Origin: Alphaproteobacteria bacterium | GTDB taxonomy: Bacteria; Pseudomonadota; Alphaproteobacteria; Geminicoccales; Geminicoccaceae | Direction: 5' to 3' | Length of the DNA stretch: 64,000 nt | Assembly: GCA_009908425.1 (NCBI GenBank) | Contig: JAAAPF010000310.1 | Span: 502-64,501 of the forward strand | Shown here: positions 11,183 through 20,301 of the stretch, one piece after another | How the letters are laid out: every line of letters begins with the position of its first letter | Position numbering within the stretch: position 1 is the stretch's first letter | The notes under the pieces: model-generated | The model's input: only the letters and a program-made list of their open reading frames with translations | Told to the model about the DNA's origin: nothing | The model's database searches: none | Position numbers and translations under genes: made by a program

Positions 11183-11353
11183 ATGTCGACGCCGCACCGC
11201 TGCCGAACCACCTTCGCCGCCGTCGCCTTCGCGGCCGCAATGCTCCTGCTCGGTCTGATGAACCCGAACGCGGCGCCGGGGCGCACCAGCTGCGGGTTGG
11301 TCTGCGGCACCGAAGGCGGCACCACGGCGCCCGTCGCCAGCTTTACGCCCTGA
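11183..11353 (+). CDS. Candidate small exported peptide (56 aa)
   Basis: ATG preceded by GAGG. Sequence is MSTPHRCRTTFAAVAFAAAMLLLGLMNPNAAPGRTSCGLVCGTEGGTTAPVASFTP. It has a signal-peptide-like core, and GC3 rises sharply from this ATG. An AT-richer promoter-like stretch lies at 11110..11160. No homologue recognised. Confidence 0.3.
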   Translation: MSTPHRCRTTFAAVAFAAAMLLLGLMNPNAAPGRTSCGLVCGTEGGTTAPVASFTP

Positions 11354-11782
11354 TCAGGCCCGCACGACCATCACCGTGCACGGCGCGTGGCGAACGACGC
11401 GCGCCGCGTTCGGCCCGAGCAGATAATCCTTCAGTTCCGGGCGGTGCGAGCCCATGACGATGCAGTCGCAGCCGAACTCGCCGGCGGCGCGCAGGACGGC
11501 GTCGTAGATCGGACCCTGGGCGACGTGCTCGTGCAGGCGGAGGTCGCCGGGGACGTGCTCGGCGCAGAAGGCGCGCAGCTTGACGGCCACCTCGGCCATC
11601 GCGCGGTCGGCGAAGTCCGCCTCGAAGAACGCGCCGACGATCGACATGCCGAAATCGGGGATGACCGTCATCACCGTGAGATCGGCGTCGTAGCGTCGCG
11701 CCATGTCGGCGGCGACGGCCAGCGCGCGCCGCTTGCCGGAGTTCGCCGCGAGGTCGACGGCCACCAGGATGGAGCTGAACAT
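11354..11782 (-). CDS. Universal stress protein (UspA family)
   Basis: MFSSILVAVDLAANS...CDCIVMGSHRPELKDYLLGPNAARVVRHAPCTVMVVRA is the typical Usp ATP-binding C-terminus. 142 aa. It lies 11 nt downstream of the TRAP permease. Confidence 0.85.
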   Translation of the reverse strand: MFSSILVAVDLAANSGKRRALAVAADMARRYDADLTVMTVIPDFGMSIVGAFFEADFADRAMAEVAVKLRAFCAEHVPGDLRLHEHVAQGPIYDAVLRAAGEFGCDCIVMGSHRPELKDYLLGPNAARVVRHAPCTVMVVRA

Positions 11783-11793
11783 CGCCGTCGTCC

Positions 11794-14442
11794 TCAAAAG
11801 GCGGGTTGGGTTCGCCGCCGCCGCTGGACCGCCACCACCACGGCCAGGAGCGCCAGGGCCGGCAGGTAGAACGCCTCCTTGGGCCAACGCTCGCGCTCGA
11901 CCTCGGCCCTCAGGATACGGACCGGTTCCACACCGTAGAAGTCGAATTCGTTGGCGAGGCGCTCGAAGTAGGGCGTGCCGGGAAACGGCTCCTCCAAGAG
12001 GATGGCGCCATCCTCGCGGTAGACCGTGAGCCCGACCTCGTCGAGGCGCTCGGCGCCCGGCCCCTGCGGCCCCAGCTCGGGCGCGATGGTGAGCGTGAGC
12101 GTGCGGCCGCTGTCGAAGTCCGGGCCCTCGATCACCAGCCGGATGCGCTCGCCGGCGGGCTGGTCGGCGACGGCCTCGAGAATGGCCGCGCCGGTGTAGC
12201 GCTCGTAGGGCGGCTCGATCCGATCCAGCCAGAAGCCCGGACGGAAGAGCGTGAAGGCCACGAGCAGCAGCGCCGCGGTCTCCCACCACCGGCTGCGCGC
12301 GAAGAAATAGCCCTGGGTCGCCGCCGCGAAGCACAGCATCGCCAACAGCGCGGTCGCGAAGACGTAGACCGCCTGCAGCGGGCCGACGTCAATCAAGAGG
12401 AGATCGGTGTTGAAGATGAAGAGGAAGGGCAAGAGCGCCGTGCGGATGTCGTACATGAAGCCCTGCACGGCGGTGCCGATCGGATCGCCGCGGCTGATGG
12501 CGGCGGCGGCGTAGGCGGCGAGGCCGACGGGCGGGGTGTCGTCGGCGAGGATGCCGAAATAGAAGACGAAGAGGTGGACCGCGATCAGTGGCACGACCAG
12601 GCCCACCTGCGCGCCGACGCCGACGATCACCGGCGCCATCAGCGACGAGACGACGATGTAGTTGGCCGTCGTCGGCAGCCCCATGCCGAGGATCAGGCTC
12701 AACACGGCGACGAGGAGCAGGAGCAGCATGAGGTTGTCGCCGGCGATGGTCTCGATGACCTGGCCGACGATCTGGTGCGCGCCGGTGAGCGAGATGGTGC
12801 CGACGATGATCCCCGCCGCCCCGGTCGCCACCCCGATGCCGATCATGTTGCGCGCGCCGGCGACGAGACCGGCGACGAAATCGTGCCAGCCGGCGCGGGC
12901 CTGGGCCAGCACGTCGGGCTCGCCGCGGAAGAGGTGCTTCAACGGCCGGTGGGTGACGACGACGACGATCATCGCCAGCGTCGCCCAGAAGGCCGAGAGT
13001 CCGGGCGACAGCCGATCGAGCGGACCGGTGTCGATCATCAGGTTCCACACCAGCACGAAGATCGGCAAGGCGAAGTAGAGCCCACCCAGAAGCGTCGGCG
13101 TCAGCCGCGGCGCGCGCACGACCGGCGCGTCGGGGTCGTCGACGGCGAGGTCGGGGTAGCGCCCGGCGAAGGCGACGATGGCGACGTAGGCGAGACCCAG
13201 GAGCACCAGCGCGGCGTAGACCGACTGCCCCGGCATCAACGGCTCCAGCGCCAGGCGGATCGCGATCACCGCCAGCGTCACCAGCGCCATCAGGATGAAG
13301 CCGGAGAGAAAGAGCAAAAGGATCAACGGCACACCGATCCGACGCCCCGGCTTCTCCATGCCGGCGAGCCCCAGCTTCAGGCTCTCCAGATGCACGATGT
13401 AGAGCAAGGCGAGGTAAGAGATAACCGCCGGCAGAAAAGCGTGTTTGATGACCTCGATATAGGGGATGCCGACATACTCGACCATCAAGAACGCGGCCGC
13501 GCCCATCACCGGCGGGGTGAGCTGACCGTTGGTCGAGGACGCCACCTCGACCGCCCCGGCCTTCTCGGCGGGAAAGCCGATGCGCTTCATCAACGGGATC
13601 GTGAAGGTGCCGGTGGTGACGGTGTTGGCGATCGACGAGCCCGAGATCAGCCCGGTCATCGCCGAGGAGAAGACCGACGCCTTGGCAGGCCCGCCACGGA
13701 GCGCGCCCAAGAGCGCGATCGCCACCTGGATGAACCAGTTGCCGCCGCCGGCGCGCTCAAGGAGCGCGCCGAACAGCACGAAGAGGAAGATCATCGAGGT
13801 CGAGACGCCGAGGGCGACGCCGAAGACGCCCTCGGTCTGCATCCAGTAATGCCCCATCGCGCGGCTGAAGGAGGCGCCGCCGTAGTTGGTGATCTCGCGG
13901 ATCCAGGCGAACTCGCCGCCGAACAGCGTGAAGGCCATGAAGATCGCGGCGATGATCGTGAGCGGCAGGCCGAGCGAGCGGTAGACCGCGACGAAGAGCG
14001 AGGCCATGCCGACGCTGGCGGCGACCATGTCGCCGGTGGTCCACAAGCCCGGCCGCTGGGCGATGGCCTCGCGGAAGACGACCAGATAGAGGCACGCGCC
14101 CACGCCGAGGGCGAACAGCGCCCAGTCGTAGGCGGGGATGCGGTCGCGCGGGGCGCGGCGGCCGAGCGGAAAGGCGAGCGTCGCCAGTCCCATCGCGAAG
14201 GCCAGATGGATGAAGCGGGAATCGGTGATGATGTTGGCGAAGAAGCTGACGCCGGTGGCGGTCGCCAGCGTCGTCGGCAGGGCCGAGGCGATGTAGAGCT
14301 GGAAGAGCGACCAGGCGAGGCAGAGGCCCACGATCAGCCGGCCCTGCCAGCCGGCGGGGGCGCGCGCACCCGTGTCCGCCTTGGCGACGATGTCGCGCGC
14401 GTCCGGCGCGTCGCCCGCGACCGCGCCCGGCTGGTCCGCCAT
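11794..14442 (-). CDS. TRAP transporter fused 4TM/12TM permease (TAXI type) with C-terminal soluble extension
   Basis: 882 aa and highly hydrophobic with many TM segments. It follows a TAXI solute receptor. The C-terminal ~170 aa are non-membrane, as in fused TAXI permeases. Confidence 0.9.
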   Translation of the reverse strand: MADQPGAVAGDAPDARDIVAKADTGARAPAGWQGRLIVGLCLAWSLFQLYIASALPTTLATATGVSFFANIITDSRFIHLAFAMGLATLAFPLGRRAPRDRIPAYDWALFALGVGACLYLVVFREAIAQRPGLWTTGDMVAASVGMASLFVAVYRSLGLPLTIIAAIFMAFTLFGGEFAWIREITNYGGASFSRAMGHYWMQTEGVFGVALGVSTSMIFLFVLFGALLERAGGGNWFIQVAIALLGALRGGPAKASVFSSAMTGLISGSSIANTVTTGTFTIPLMKRIGFPAEKAGAVEVASSTNGQLTPPVMGAAAFLMVEYVGIPYIEVIKHAFLPAVISYLALLYIVHLESLKLGLAGMEKPGRRIGVPLILLLFLSGFILMALVTLAVIAIRLALEPLMPGQSVYAALVLLGLAYVAIVAFAGRYPDLAVDDPDAPVVRAPRLTPTLLGGLYFALPIFVLVWNLMIDTGPLDRLSPGLSAFWATLAMIVVVVTHRPLKHLFRGEPDVLAQARAGWHDFVAGLVAGARNMIGIGVATGAAGIIVGTISLTGAHQIVGQVIETIAGDNLMLLLLLVAVLSLILGMGLPTTANYIVVSSLMAPVIVGVGAQVGLVVPLIAVHLFVFYFGILADDTPPVGLAAYAAAAISRGDPIGTAVQGFMYDIRTALLPFLFIFNTDLLLIDVGPLQAVYVFATALLAMLCFAAATQGYFFARSRWWETAALLLVAFTLFRPGFWLDRIEPPYERYTGAAILEAVADQPAGERIRLVIEGPDFDSGRTLTLTIAPELGPQGPGAERLDEVGLTVYREDGAILLEEPFPGTPYFERLANEFDFYGVEPVRILRAEVERERWPKEAFYLPALALLAVVVAVQRRRRTQPAF

Positions 14443-14544
14443 CTCCAGCGTTCCCCTTCACGACGAGGGGCCGTGCCGGCGGGCACGGCCCCGGTCGGCG
14501 TCGACGGCCCGGTCGGGCGTACGTGCCACGCCCGACCGCGCAGG

Positions 14545-15522
14545 TTACTCCATCAGGCCGAGTTCCCGATACGCCCGTTCGGCGCCGGGATGCAGCGGCG
14601 CGGAGAGGCCGGCCTCGACCATCTGCTCCGGCTCGAGGATGCCGAAGGCCGGGTGCAGGCCGCGGAAGTCGTCGATGTTCTCCATCACCGCCTTGGCGAC
14701 CGTGTAGACCAGGTCCTCGGGGACCTCCTCGCGGCTGACGAAGGTGGCGCGCACGCCGAAGGTGGTGGCACCATCCGGGTTGCCAGGATACATCCCGCCC
14801 GGGATCTCGGCGATGGCGTAGTAGGGCCGCTCGTCGACGAGCGCCTCGATCGGCTCGCCGGCGACGTCGGCCACCTGAGCGTTGCAGGTCGTCGCCGCCT
14901 CCTCGATCGCAGCGGCGGGGTGGCCGACCGGGTAGACGAAGGCGTCGATGTTGCCGTCGCAGAGCTGGCGCGCCATCTCGGTCGGCGCGAACTCGGCGGC
15001 GAGCGCGAAGTCGTCCATGGTCATCCCGAAAGCGTCGAGCACGACCTCCATCGTCGCACGCGTGCCCGAGCCCGGGTTGCCCACGTTGACGCGCAGACCC
15101 GCCAGATCCGGGAAGTTGTCGACGTCGACGTCGTCGCGCACGACGAGGGTGAAGGGCTCCGGATGGAGCGAGAACACGGCCCGGATCTCGGGGAACGGCT
15201 CCTCTTCGAAGCGCGAGCTGCCGTTGTAGGCGTGGAACTGCCAGTCCGACTGGACGACGCCGAACTCGAGCTCGCCGGCCTTGACGGCGTTGATGTTGAA
15301 GATCGAGCCGCCGGTGGACTCGACCGCGCAGCGAAAGCCGTGCTCGCGCCGCTCGCGGTTCACCATCCGGCAGATGGCGCCGCCCGCGGGGTAGTACACG
15401 CCGGTGAGGCCGCCCGTGCCGATCGAGAAGAACTGCTGGTCCTGGGCCTCGGCCACGTCCGCGGCGAAGAGGCCGGCGGCGGCCACCATGCCGGCCGCGA
15501 CCCCGAGCTTGAACGTCGTCAT
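14545..15522 (-). CDS. TAXI-family TRAP transporter solute-binding protein
   Basis: MTTFKLGVAAGMVAAAGLFAADVAEAQDQQFFSIGTGGLTGVYYPAGGAICRMVN is the signal peptide plus the canonical TAXI N-terminal motif. 325 aa from ATG 15522. Confidence 0.9.
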   Translation of the reverse strand: MTTFKLGVAAGMVAAAGLFAADVAEAQDQQFFSIGTGGLTGVYYPAGGAICRMVNRERREHGFRCAVESTGGSIFNINAVKAGELEFGVVQSDWQFHAYNGSSRFEEEPFPEIRAVFSLHPEPFTLVVRDDVDVDNFPDLAGLRVNVGNPGSGTRATMEVVLDAFGMTMDDFALAAEFAPTEMARQLCDGNIDAFVYPVGHPAAAIEEAATTCNAQVADVAGEPIEALVDERPYYAIAEIPGGMYPGNPDGATTFGVRATFVSREEVPEDLVYTVAKAVMENIDDFRGLHPAFGILEPEQMVEAGLSAPLHPGAERAYRELGLME

Positions 15523-15833
15523 GCTGTCCTCCCCAAAAAACACAAGGATGATCGGACAAACACCACGGCGGCACCGCCGGTCAAGCTGCGGGGCGCGCGG
15601 CGGTGCGCTTATCGCGGTTTGCGACAGCCGGAAGCCGGACCTCGCCACCTCCGGGCGGGTCGACCGCGGCCCGTCACGGGACGAAGCGCCGGCGCCGCGT
15701 CGACGCGAGCCGACGATCGGCGGCCCGAGGCCGGTCGCCGCGTTGACAGAACGGGCCGGATGTCGCCATCGCGCTTCCGGGAGCGGCGCGCGGCGCGCGC
15801 TTCCCCGTTCCGCGAACAACCGCCGAGCCCGCG

Positions 15834-16520
15834 ATGCCGCCGCCCTTGCCCTCGCCGCGTTTGCCGCGTCGCGCCCTGCTGGGCGCGCCCTGGCTGTTCA
15901 CCTCCACCGCCGGCGCGGCGCGCTTCGAGGACGAGCTGGCGACCTTCGCCCGCGCCGACGCGGCGGCGCCCTCGCCCGCGGGCGCGCTGCTCTTCGTCGG
16001 GAGTTCCACCATCCGGATGTGGCCGGCGCTGGCCCGCCGCTTCGCGCCGACGCCGGTGATCCAGCGCGGCTTCGGCGGCTCGACGCTGGCCGAGGTCCAC
16101 CACCACCGCGCGCGACTGTTCGCGCCCCATCGCCCCGCCGCGGTGATCCTCTACGCCGGCGAGAACGACGTCGCCGAAGGCGCGACGGTGAGCGAGGTGG
16201 TGGACCGCTGGCGCGGCCTCGGCCGCGATCTCGCCGACACCCTCGCCGGCGCCGCGCCCGTCGTGTTCGTCGAGCTCAAGCCGAGCCCTGCGCGCTTCGA
16301 GCTGTGGCCGCGGATGCGCGCGGTGAACGCGGCGATGCGCCGGCTCGACGCGCACCGCCCCGCCGCCTTCGTCGACACCGCCGCCTTCGTCCTGGACGGC
16401 GAGGGCGCACCGCGGCCCGAACTCTTCCTGGACGACCGCCTCCACTTCGCCGAGCGCGGCTACGTCCACCTCACCCGCGCGGTCGAACGGGCGCTCGTGG
16501 AGATCGGCCTAGGCGGTTGA
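15834..16520 (+). CDS. SGNH/GDSL-type hydrolase, probably exported
   Basis: ALLFVGSSTIRMW (block I Ser), YAGENDV (block III) and DDRLHF (block V DxxH). N-terminus has a twin-arginine-like PRRALL. Confidence 0.65.
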   Translation: MPPPLPSPRLPRRALLGAPWLFTSTAGAARFEDELATFARADAAAPSPAGALLFVGSSTIRMWPALARRFAPTPVIQRGFGGSTLAEVHHHRARLFAPHRPAAVILYAGENDVAEGATVSEVVDRWRGLGRDLADTLAGAAPVVFVELKPSPARFELWPRMRAVNAAMRRLDAHRPAAFVDTAAFVLDGEGAPRPELFLDDRLHFAERGYVHLTRAVERALVEIGLGG

Positions 16521-16976
16521 GCCGTCGAGCGCCGCCGCCGCCGCCGCCGCCAGCGGCTCCAGGGCGGCGCGGACCGGGGCGGAGAGCGGCGCGCCGAGCG
16601 TGAAATCCGCGCCCACGACACCGACCAGCAACCAGCGCCGCGGCACCGCGCCCAGCGCGCGGGCCAAGCGCCAGCCGGTGCCGAGCGCGTCGCCGTGGCC
16701 GCTCACCCGCGCCGGCGGTCGCGGCGGCGCCCCGGCGCGGAGATCGACGCGGCTGAGCGTGCCGGGCGCCGCGTCCGCCGTGCGCAGCGCGTCGACCACG
16801 ACCGCCGTCGCGGCGCCGTCGAGTTCGGCCACCAGCATCAGCGCGTCGGCGCAGCCCTCGACGACGCGGACGCGGCCGCCGAGCCGCGGGCGCAAGCGGG
16901 CGGCGACGATCAATCCCGCCGCGTCGTCGCCGCGATCGCGCGCGCCGAGGCCGACGAGGACGGCGCCGTCACCCAC
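16509..16976 (-). CDS. [NiFe]-hydrogenase maturation endopeptidase
   Basis: VLVGLGARDRGDDAAG (GDDxxG) and a later SGHG motif. 155 aa. It overlaps the large-subunit stop by 8 nt. The large subunit carries a short C-terminal tail after DPCISCSAH that would be its substrate. Confidence 0.8.
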   Translation of the reverse strand: MGDGAVLVGLGARDRGDDAAGLIVAARLRPRLGGRVRVVEGCADALMLVAELDGAATAVVVDALRTADAAPGTLSRVDLRAGAPPRPPARVSGHGDALGTGWRLARALGAVPRRWLLVGVVGADFTLGAPLSAPVRAALEPLAAAAAAALDGSTA

Positions 16977-18264
16977 GCTCGACCGTCAGGTTCAAGAAAT
17001 GCGCCGAACACGAGATGCAGGGGTCGTGGTTGCGGATCGCCTGCTCGCAGCGCCAGGAGAGCGCGGCGTCGTCCAGCGCCACGTTCGCCTCGGCGGTGGC
17101 CCGGATGTCGGCTTCGATCGCCGCCTGGTTCTGAGAGGTGGGCGGCACGATCCGCGCGCGGGTGATCAGACCCTCGCCGTCGACGGCGTAGCCGTGGTGC
17201 AGCGCCCCGCGCGGCGCCTCGCTCACCCCGTAGCCCACGGCGTCGCGCGGCTGCGCGTCGACGACGGGCGCCGCGGGCGTCTCGTAGGCGTCGATCAGCC
17301 GCAACGCCTCGTCGGCGGCCCAGGCCATCTCGGCGGCGCGGACCTGGATGCTGGCGAACGGGTTGCGACAGGGCCTGGCGAGCCCGGCCTCGGCCGCCGC
17401 GTCCTGGAGCCAGCCCGGCAGCTGGTGCCCGTTCAGCGCCCAGCGGGCGAGCGGGCCGGTGAGATAGGGCGAGGCGCCGTCGAGTGTGGCGTGCAGGGCG
17501 GTCGAGTGCGGCACCTGCCGTTCGACGACGTGGTCGTCCCACTCCCCCGCCGTGAAGACGGCGCCGGTCGAGGCGTGAAGCGTGCCACGGTCGATGGCGT
17601 AGCCGTCCGGGTCGTGGACGGCGAGGAACGCGACGTGGCGCTCCAGCTCGGGGATCGGCAGCGTCGCGGTCCAGGCCAGCGTGGCGAGCGCCGCCTTGCG
17701 CGCCTCCTCCACCTGCGGGCGCAGCGGCGCGAGTTCGGCCCGCGTCGGCACCCGGTAGAAGCCGCCGACCCGCGGGTTCACGGGATGGACGGCGCGGCCG
17801 CCCACCACCTCCATGATCGCGTTGCCGACGCGCTTGATGTCGAGACCGCGCCGGACGACGTCGCCGTGGCGTTCGGCGAGCGCGAAGCCGTCGTCGAGGT
17901 CGAAGAAATCGGGGGCGTGCAGGAGGACGACGTGGAGCGCGTGGCTCTGCAGCCATTCGCCGCAGTAGAGCAGCCGGCGCAGGTCGCGCAGCGCCGGCGG
18001 CACCTCGACCCCGGCGGCGTCCTCCATCGCGAGCATGGCGCTGGTCTGATACGCCACCGGGCAGATGCCGCAGATGCGCGCGGTGATGTCGGGCGCCTCG
18101 TCGAAGCGCCGACCGCGCAACAGCCCCTCGAAGAAGCGCGGCGCCTCGTAGATCGCGAGCCGCACCTCCTCGGCGCGACCGTCCTTGAGCTTCAGATGAA
18201 GTGCCCCCTCGCCTTCGACGCGCGCGAGCGCCTCGGTCCTGATGGTGCGCGTCTCACCCGCCAT
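16969..18264 (-). CDS. [NiFe]-hydrogenase large (alpha) subunit, group 3 / sulfhydrogenase-like
   Basis: N-terminal [10 protein letters not shown] and C-terminal [10 protein letters not shown] nickel-binding cysteine pairs. 431 aa, the size of the Pyrococcus-type HydA. Confidence 0.9.
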   Translation of the reverse strand: MAGETRTIRTEALARVEGEGALHLKLKDGRAEEVRLAIYEAPRFFEGLLRGRRFDEAPDITARICGICPVAYQTSAMLAMEDAAGVEVPPALRDLRRLLYCGEWLQSHALHVVLLHAPDFFDLDDGFALAERHGDVVRRGLDIKRVGNAIMEVVGGRAVHPVNPRVGGFYRVPTRAELAPLRPQVEEARKAALATLAWTATLPIPELERHVAFLAVHDPDGYAIDRGTLHASTGAVFTAGEWDDHVVERQVPHSTALHATLDGASPYLTGPLARWALNGHQLPGWLQDAAAEAGLARPCRNPFASIQVRAAEMAWAADEALRLIDAYETPAAPVVDAQPRDAVGYGVSEAPRGALHHGYAVDGEGLITRARIVPPTSQNQAAIEADIRATAEANVALDDAALSWRCEQAIRNHDPCISCSAHFLNLTVERG

Positions 18265-19027
18265 GGCGGCGCGCCTCCTCGCGGAAGGCCGGCGCGTCGG
18301 CGTTGAAGGTGCGAAAGGCGCGGGCGATGTCGGCCTCGCTGACCCCGAGCTCGCGCCACCACGCCGCCAACGCCGCCGTCCGCGGCGCCTCCATCGGCCC
18401 GTAGCAGCCGTAGCAGCCGCGGTCGCAGGCGGGGCAGAGAGCGCCGCAGCCGGCCTGCGTGACCGGACCCAGGCACGGCGTGCCGTGGGCCACCATCACG
18501 CACGGCAGGCCGCGGCGCTTGCAGTCGGTGCAGACGCTCGCGGCCGAGATCTGCGGGTGCCGGCCGGCGAGATAGGCGCCCACGACCTCGCGCACCTGGC
18601 GCGGGTTCACCGGACAGCCCCGGACCTCGAAGTCGACCAGTACGTGTTGGCCGATGGCGGTCGAGCTGGGCAGATAGGCCAGCTCCTCGGGGCGCGGGTA
18701 GACCGCGCGGGCGAAGTCGTCGGCGTCGGCGTCGTTGCGCAGCCCCTGGATGCCGCCGGCGGTGGCGCAGGCCCCGATGGTCACCACCCGCTCGGAGGCC
18801 CCGCGGACCTCGCGGATACGGCGGGCGTCGTGCTCGGTGGTGATCGAGCCTTCGACCAGCGACAGGTCGTAGGGACCCTCGACCTTGGCCTTCGACGCCT
18901 CCAGGAAGTAGGCGATGTCGACCGCGCCGGCGAGCGCCAGGAGTTCGTCGACGCCGTCGAGCACCGCCAGCTGGCAGCCGTCGCAGGAGGCGAACTTCCA
19001 GACCGCGAGCGACTTGCGCCTCGCCAT
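18254..19027 (-). CDS. [NiFe]-hydrogenase small (delta) subunit, NuoB-fold
   Basis: [23 protein letters not shown]... plus [10 protein letters not shown] and multiple Cys clusters ([27 protein letters not shown]). 257 aa. Confidence 0.88.
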   Translation of the reverse strand: MARRKSLAVWKFASCDGCQLAVLDGVDELLALAGAVDIAYFLEASKAKVEGPYDLSLVEGSITTEHDARRIREVRGASERVVTIGACATAGGIQGLRNDADADDFARAVYPRPEELAYLPSSTAIGQHVLVDFEVRGCPVNPRQVREVVGAYLAGRHPQISAASVCTDCKRRGLPCVMVAHGTPCLGPVTQAGCGALCPACDRGCYGCYGPMEAPRTAALAAWWRELGVSEADIARAFRTFNADAPAFREEARRHGG

Positions 19028-19030
19028 CGC

Positions 19031-19843
19031 TCAGATCTCCCGCACCGCCAGCAGCTGCTCGATCTCGGCATAGGTGAAGACCGGGCCGTCCTTGCAGACG
19101 AACAGCGGGCCGAACTGGCAGTGGCCGCAGGTGCCGACGGCGCACTTCATGTTGCGTTCCATCGAGAGGTGGACGTCGCTGGCGGGCACGCCGCGGGCGG
19201 TGAGCTTGCTCGCGACCGCGCGCATCATCGCCTCCGGGCCGCACATCATCGCGATGGTGTGGTCGGGGTCGAAGCGGATGTGGGGCAGAAGCGCGGTGAC
19301 GAAGCCGACGCGGCCGCGCCAGCCGCCGTCGGCGTAGTCGACGGTGACGGCGAGGTCGACGTCGTCGCGCGCGTCCCAGCTCTCGAGCTCGGCGATGAAC
19401 AGCCGGTCGGCCGGGCTGCGGGCACCGTAGAGGATCAGCACCCGCCCGAACGCCTCGCGCTCGGCCAAGACGGCGTGGATCGCCGGGCGCAGCGGCGCCA
19501 GGCCGATGCCGCCGGCGACGAGCACGACGTCGCGGCCGCGGGCACGGCGCATCGGCCAGCCGCGGCCGAACGGCCCGCGCACCCCCACCTGCGCCCCCGG
19601 CTCCAGCCGGCGCAGCGCTTCGGAGACGGGGCCGACGGCGCGCACGGTGTGGGTCAGCCGGCCGGCGTCGAAGGCGCTCAAGCTGATCGCCGCCTCGCCC
19701 ACCGCGAAGGGATAGAGCATGTTGAACTGACCGGGCACCGGCTCCGCCAGGCCGCCGCGCTCGTCGTCGAGCACGATGGTGGAGGCCTCGGCGGTCTCGC
19801 CCACGACCTCGCGGACGGTGAGCGGCAGCGGCGGCGCCGTCAC
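19031..19843 (-). CDS. Hydrogenase gamma subunit (FAD/NAD(P)-binding, 2Fe-2S; AsrB/PyrK-like)
   Basis: GQFNMLY, VLVAGGIGLAPLRP and C-terminal MKCAVGTCGHCQFG...VCKDGPVF. GTG at 19843 overlaps the stop of the upstream ORF (GTGA). 270 aa. Confidence 0.85.
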   Translation of the reverse strand: MTAPPLPLTVREVVGETAEASTIVLDDERGGLAEPVPGQFNMLYPFAVGEAAISLSAFDAGRLTHTVRAVGPVSEALRRLEPGAQVGVRGPFGRGWPMRRARGRDVVLVAGGIGLAPLRPAIHAVLAEREAFGRVLILYGARSPADRLFIAELESWDARDDVDLAVTVDYADGGWRGRVGFVTALLPHIRFDPDHTIAMMCGPEAMMRAVASKLTARGVPASDVHLSMERNMKCAVGTCGHCQFGPLFVCKDGPVFTYAEIEQLLAVREI

Positions 19844-20301
19844 GACGCCCGCCCGTAGAGGTCGAGCGCCTGCAGCCGCGCCTCCTGAAGGCGGGCCACG
19901 AGGATCGGGACGAAGCGCTTCATTAGCGCGTAGCCGAGCGTCGGATCGGCGTCGCATTTGCCGCGCAGGCACACCGCGTCGAAGGCGACGGCCCGGACGG
20001 CGTCGAGCGCGCGCGCGTCCCAGCTCCAGAGGTGGGGCTCGACCAGCCAGGAGGCGCCCACGACCTCGCCGGGGCCGAGCGTCTGAAAGACGCGCGGACC
20101 GCGCCCCGGCAGGAAGGCCTCCAGGCTCACCCGGCCGTGACGCACCAGAAAGAAGCGGTCCGCCGGGCGACCCTCGCGGAAGACGTAGCCGCCGGCGGGA
20201 TAGGCGACGTTGGCGCCGCAGCCGGCGACGAGGTCGACCATCCCCGCCGGCAGCCCGGCGAAGAACGGATGGGCACGCACGAGATCCGCGAGCGGGGTCA
20301 C
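19840..20301 (-). CDS. Stand-alone cyclic-nucleotide-binding-like domain protein (153 aa) inside the hydrogenase operon
   Basis: [27 protein letters not shown]...[25 protein letters not shown]...[12 protein letters not shown]... shows the CAP effector-domain pattern with no HTH. GTGA overlaps occur at both ends. It is the last 153 codons of the 758-aa track ORF. Confidence 0.75.
   Translation of the reverse strand: MTPLADLVRAHPFFAGLPAGMVDLVAGCGANVAYPAGGYVFREGRPADRFFLVRHGRVSLEAFLPGRGPRVFQTLGPGEVVGASWLVEPHLWSWDARALDAVRAVAFDAVCLRGKCDADPTLGYALMKRFVPILVARLQEARLQALDLYGRAS

Noticed and set aside
11806-16059. 1417-aa plus-strand ORF
   Set aside because: It is antisense to the TRAP permease, the TAXI receptor and the spacer. 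Its composition is dominated by R/G/D/E/H repeats typical of the antisense frame of high-GC genes. The opposite strand carries unmistakable transporter sequences.
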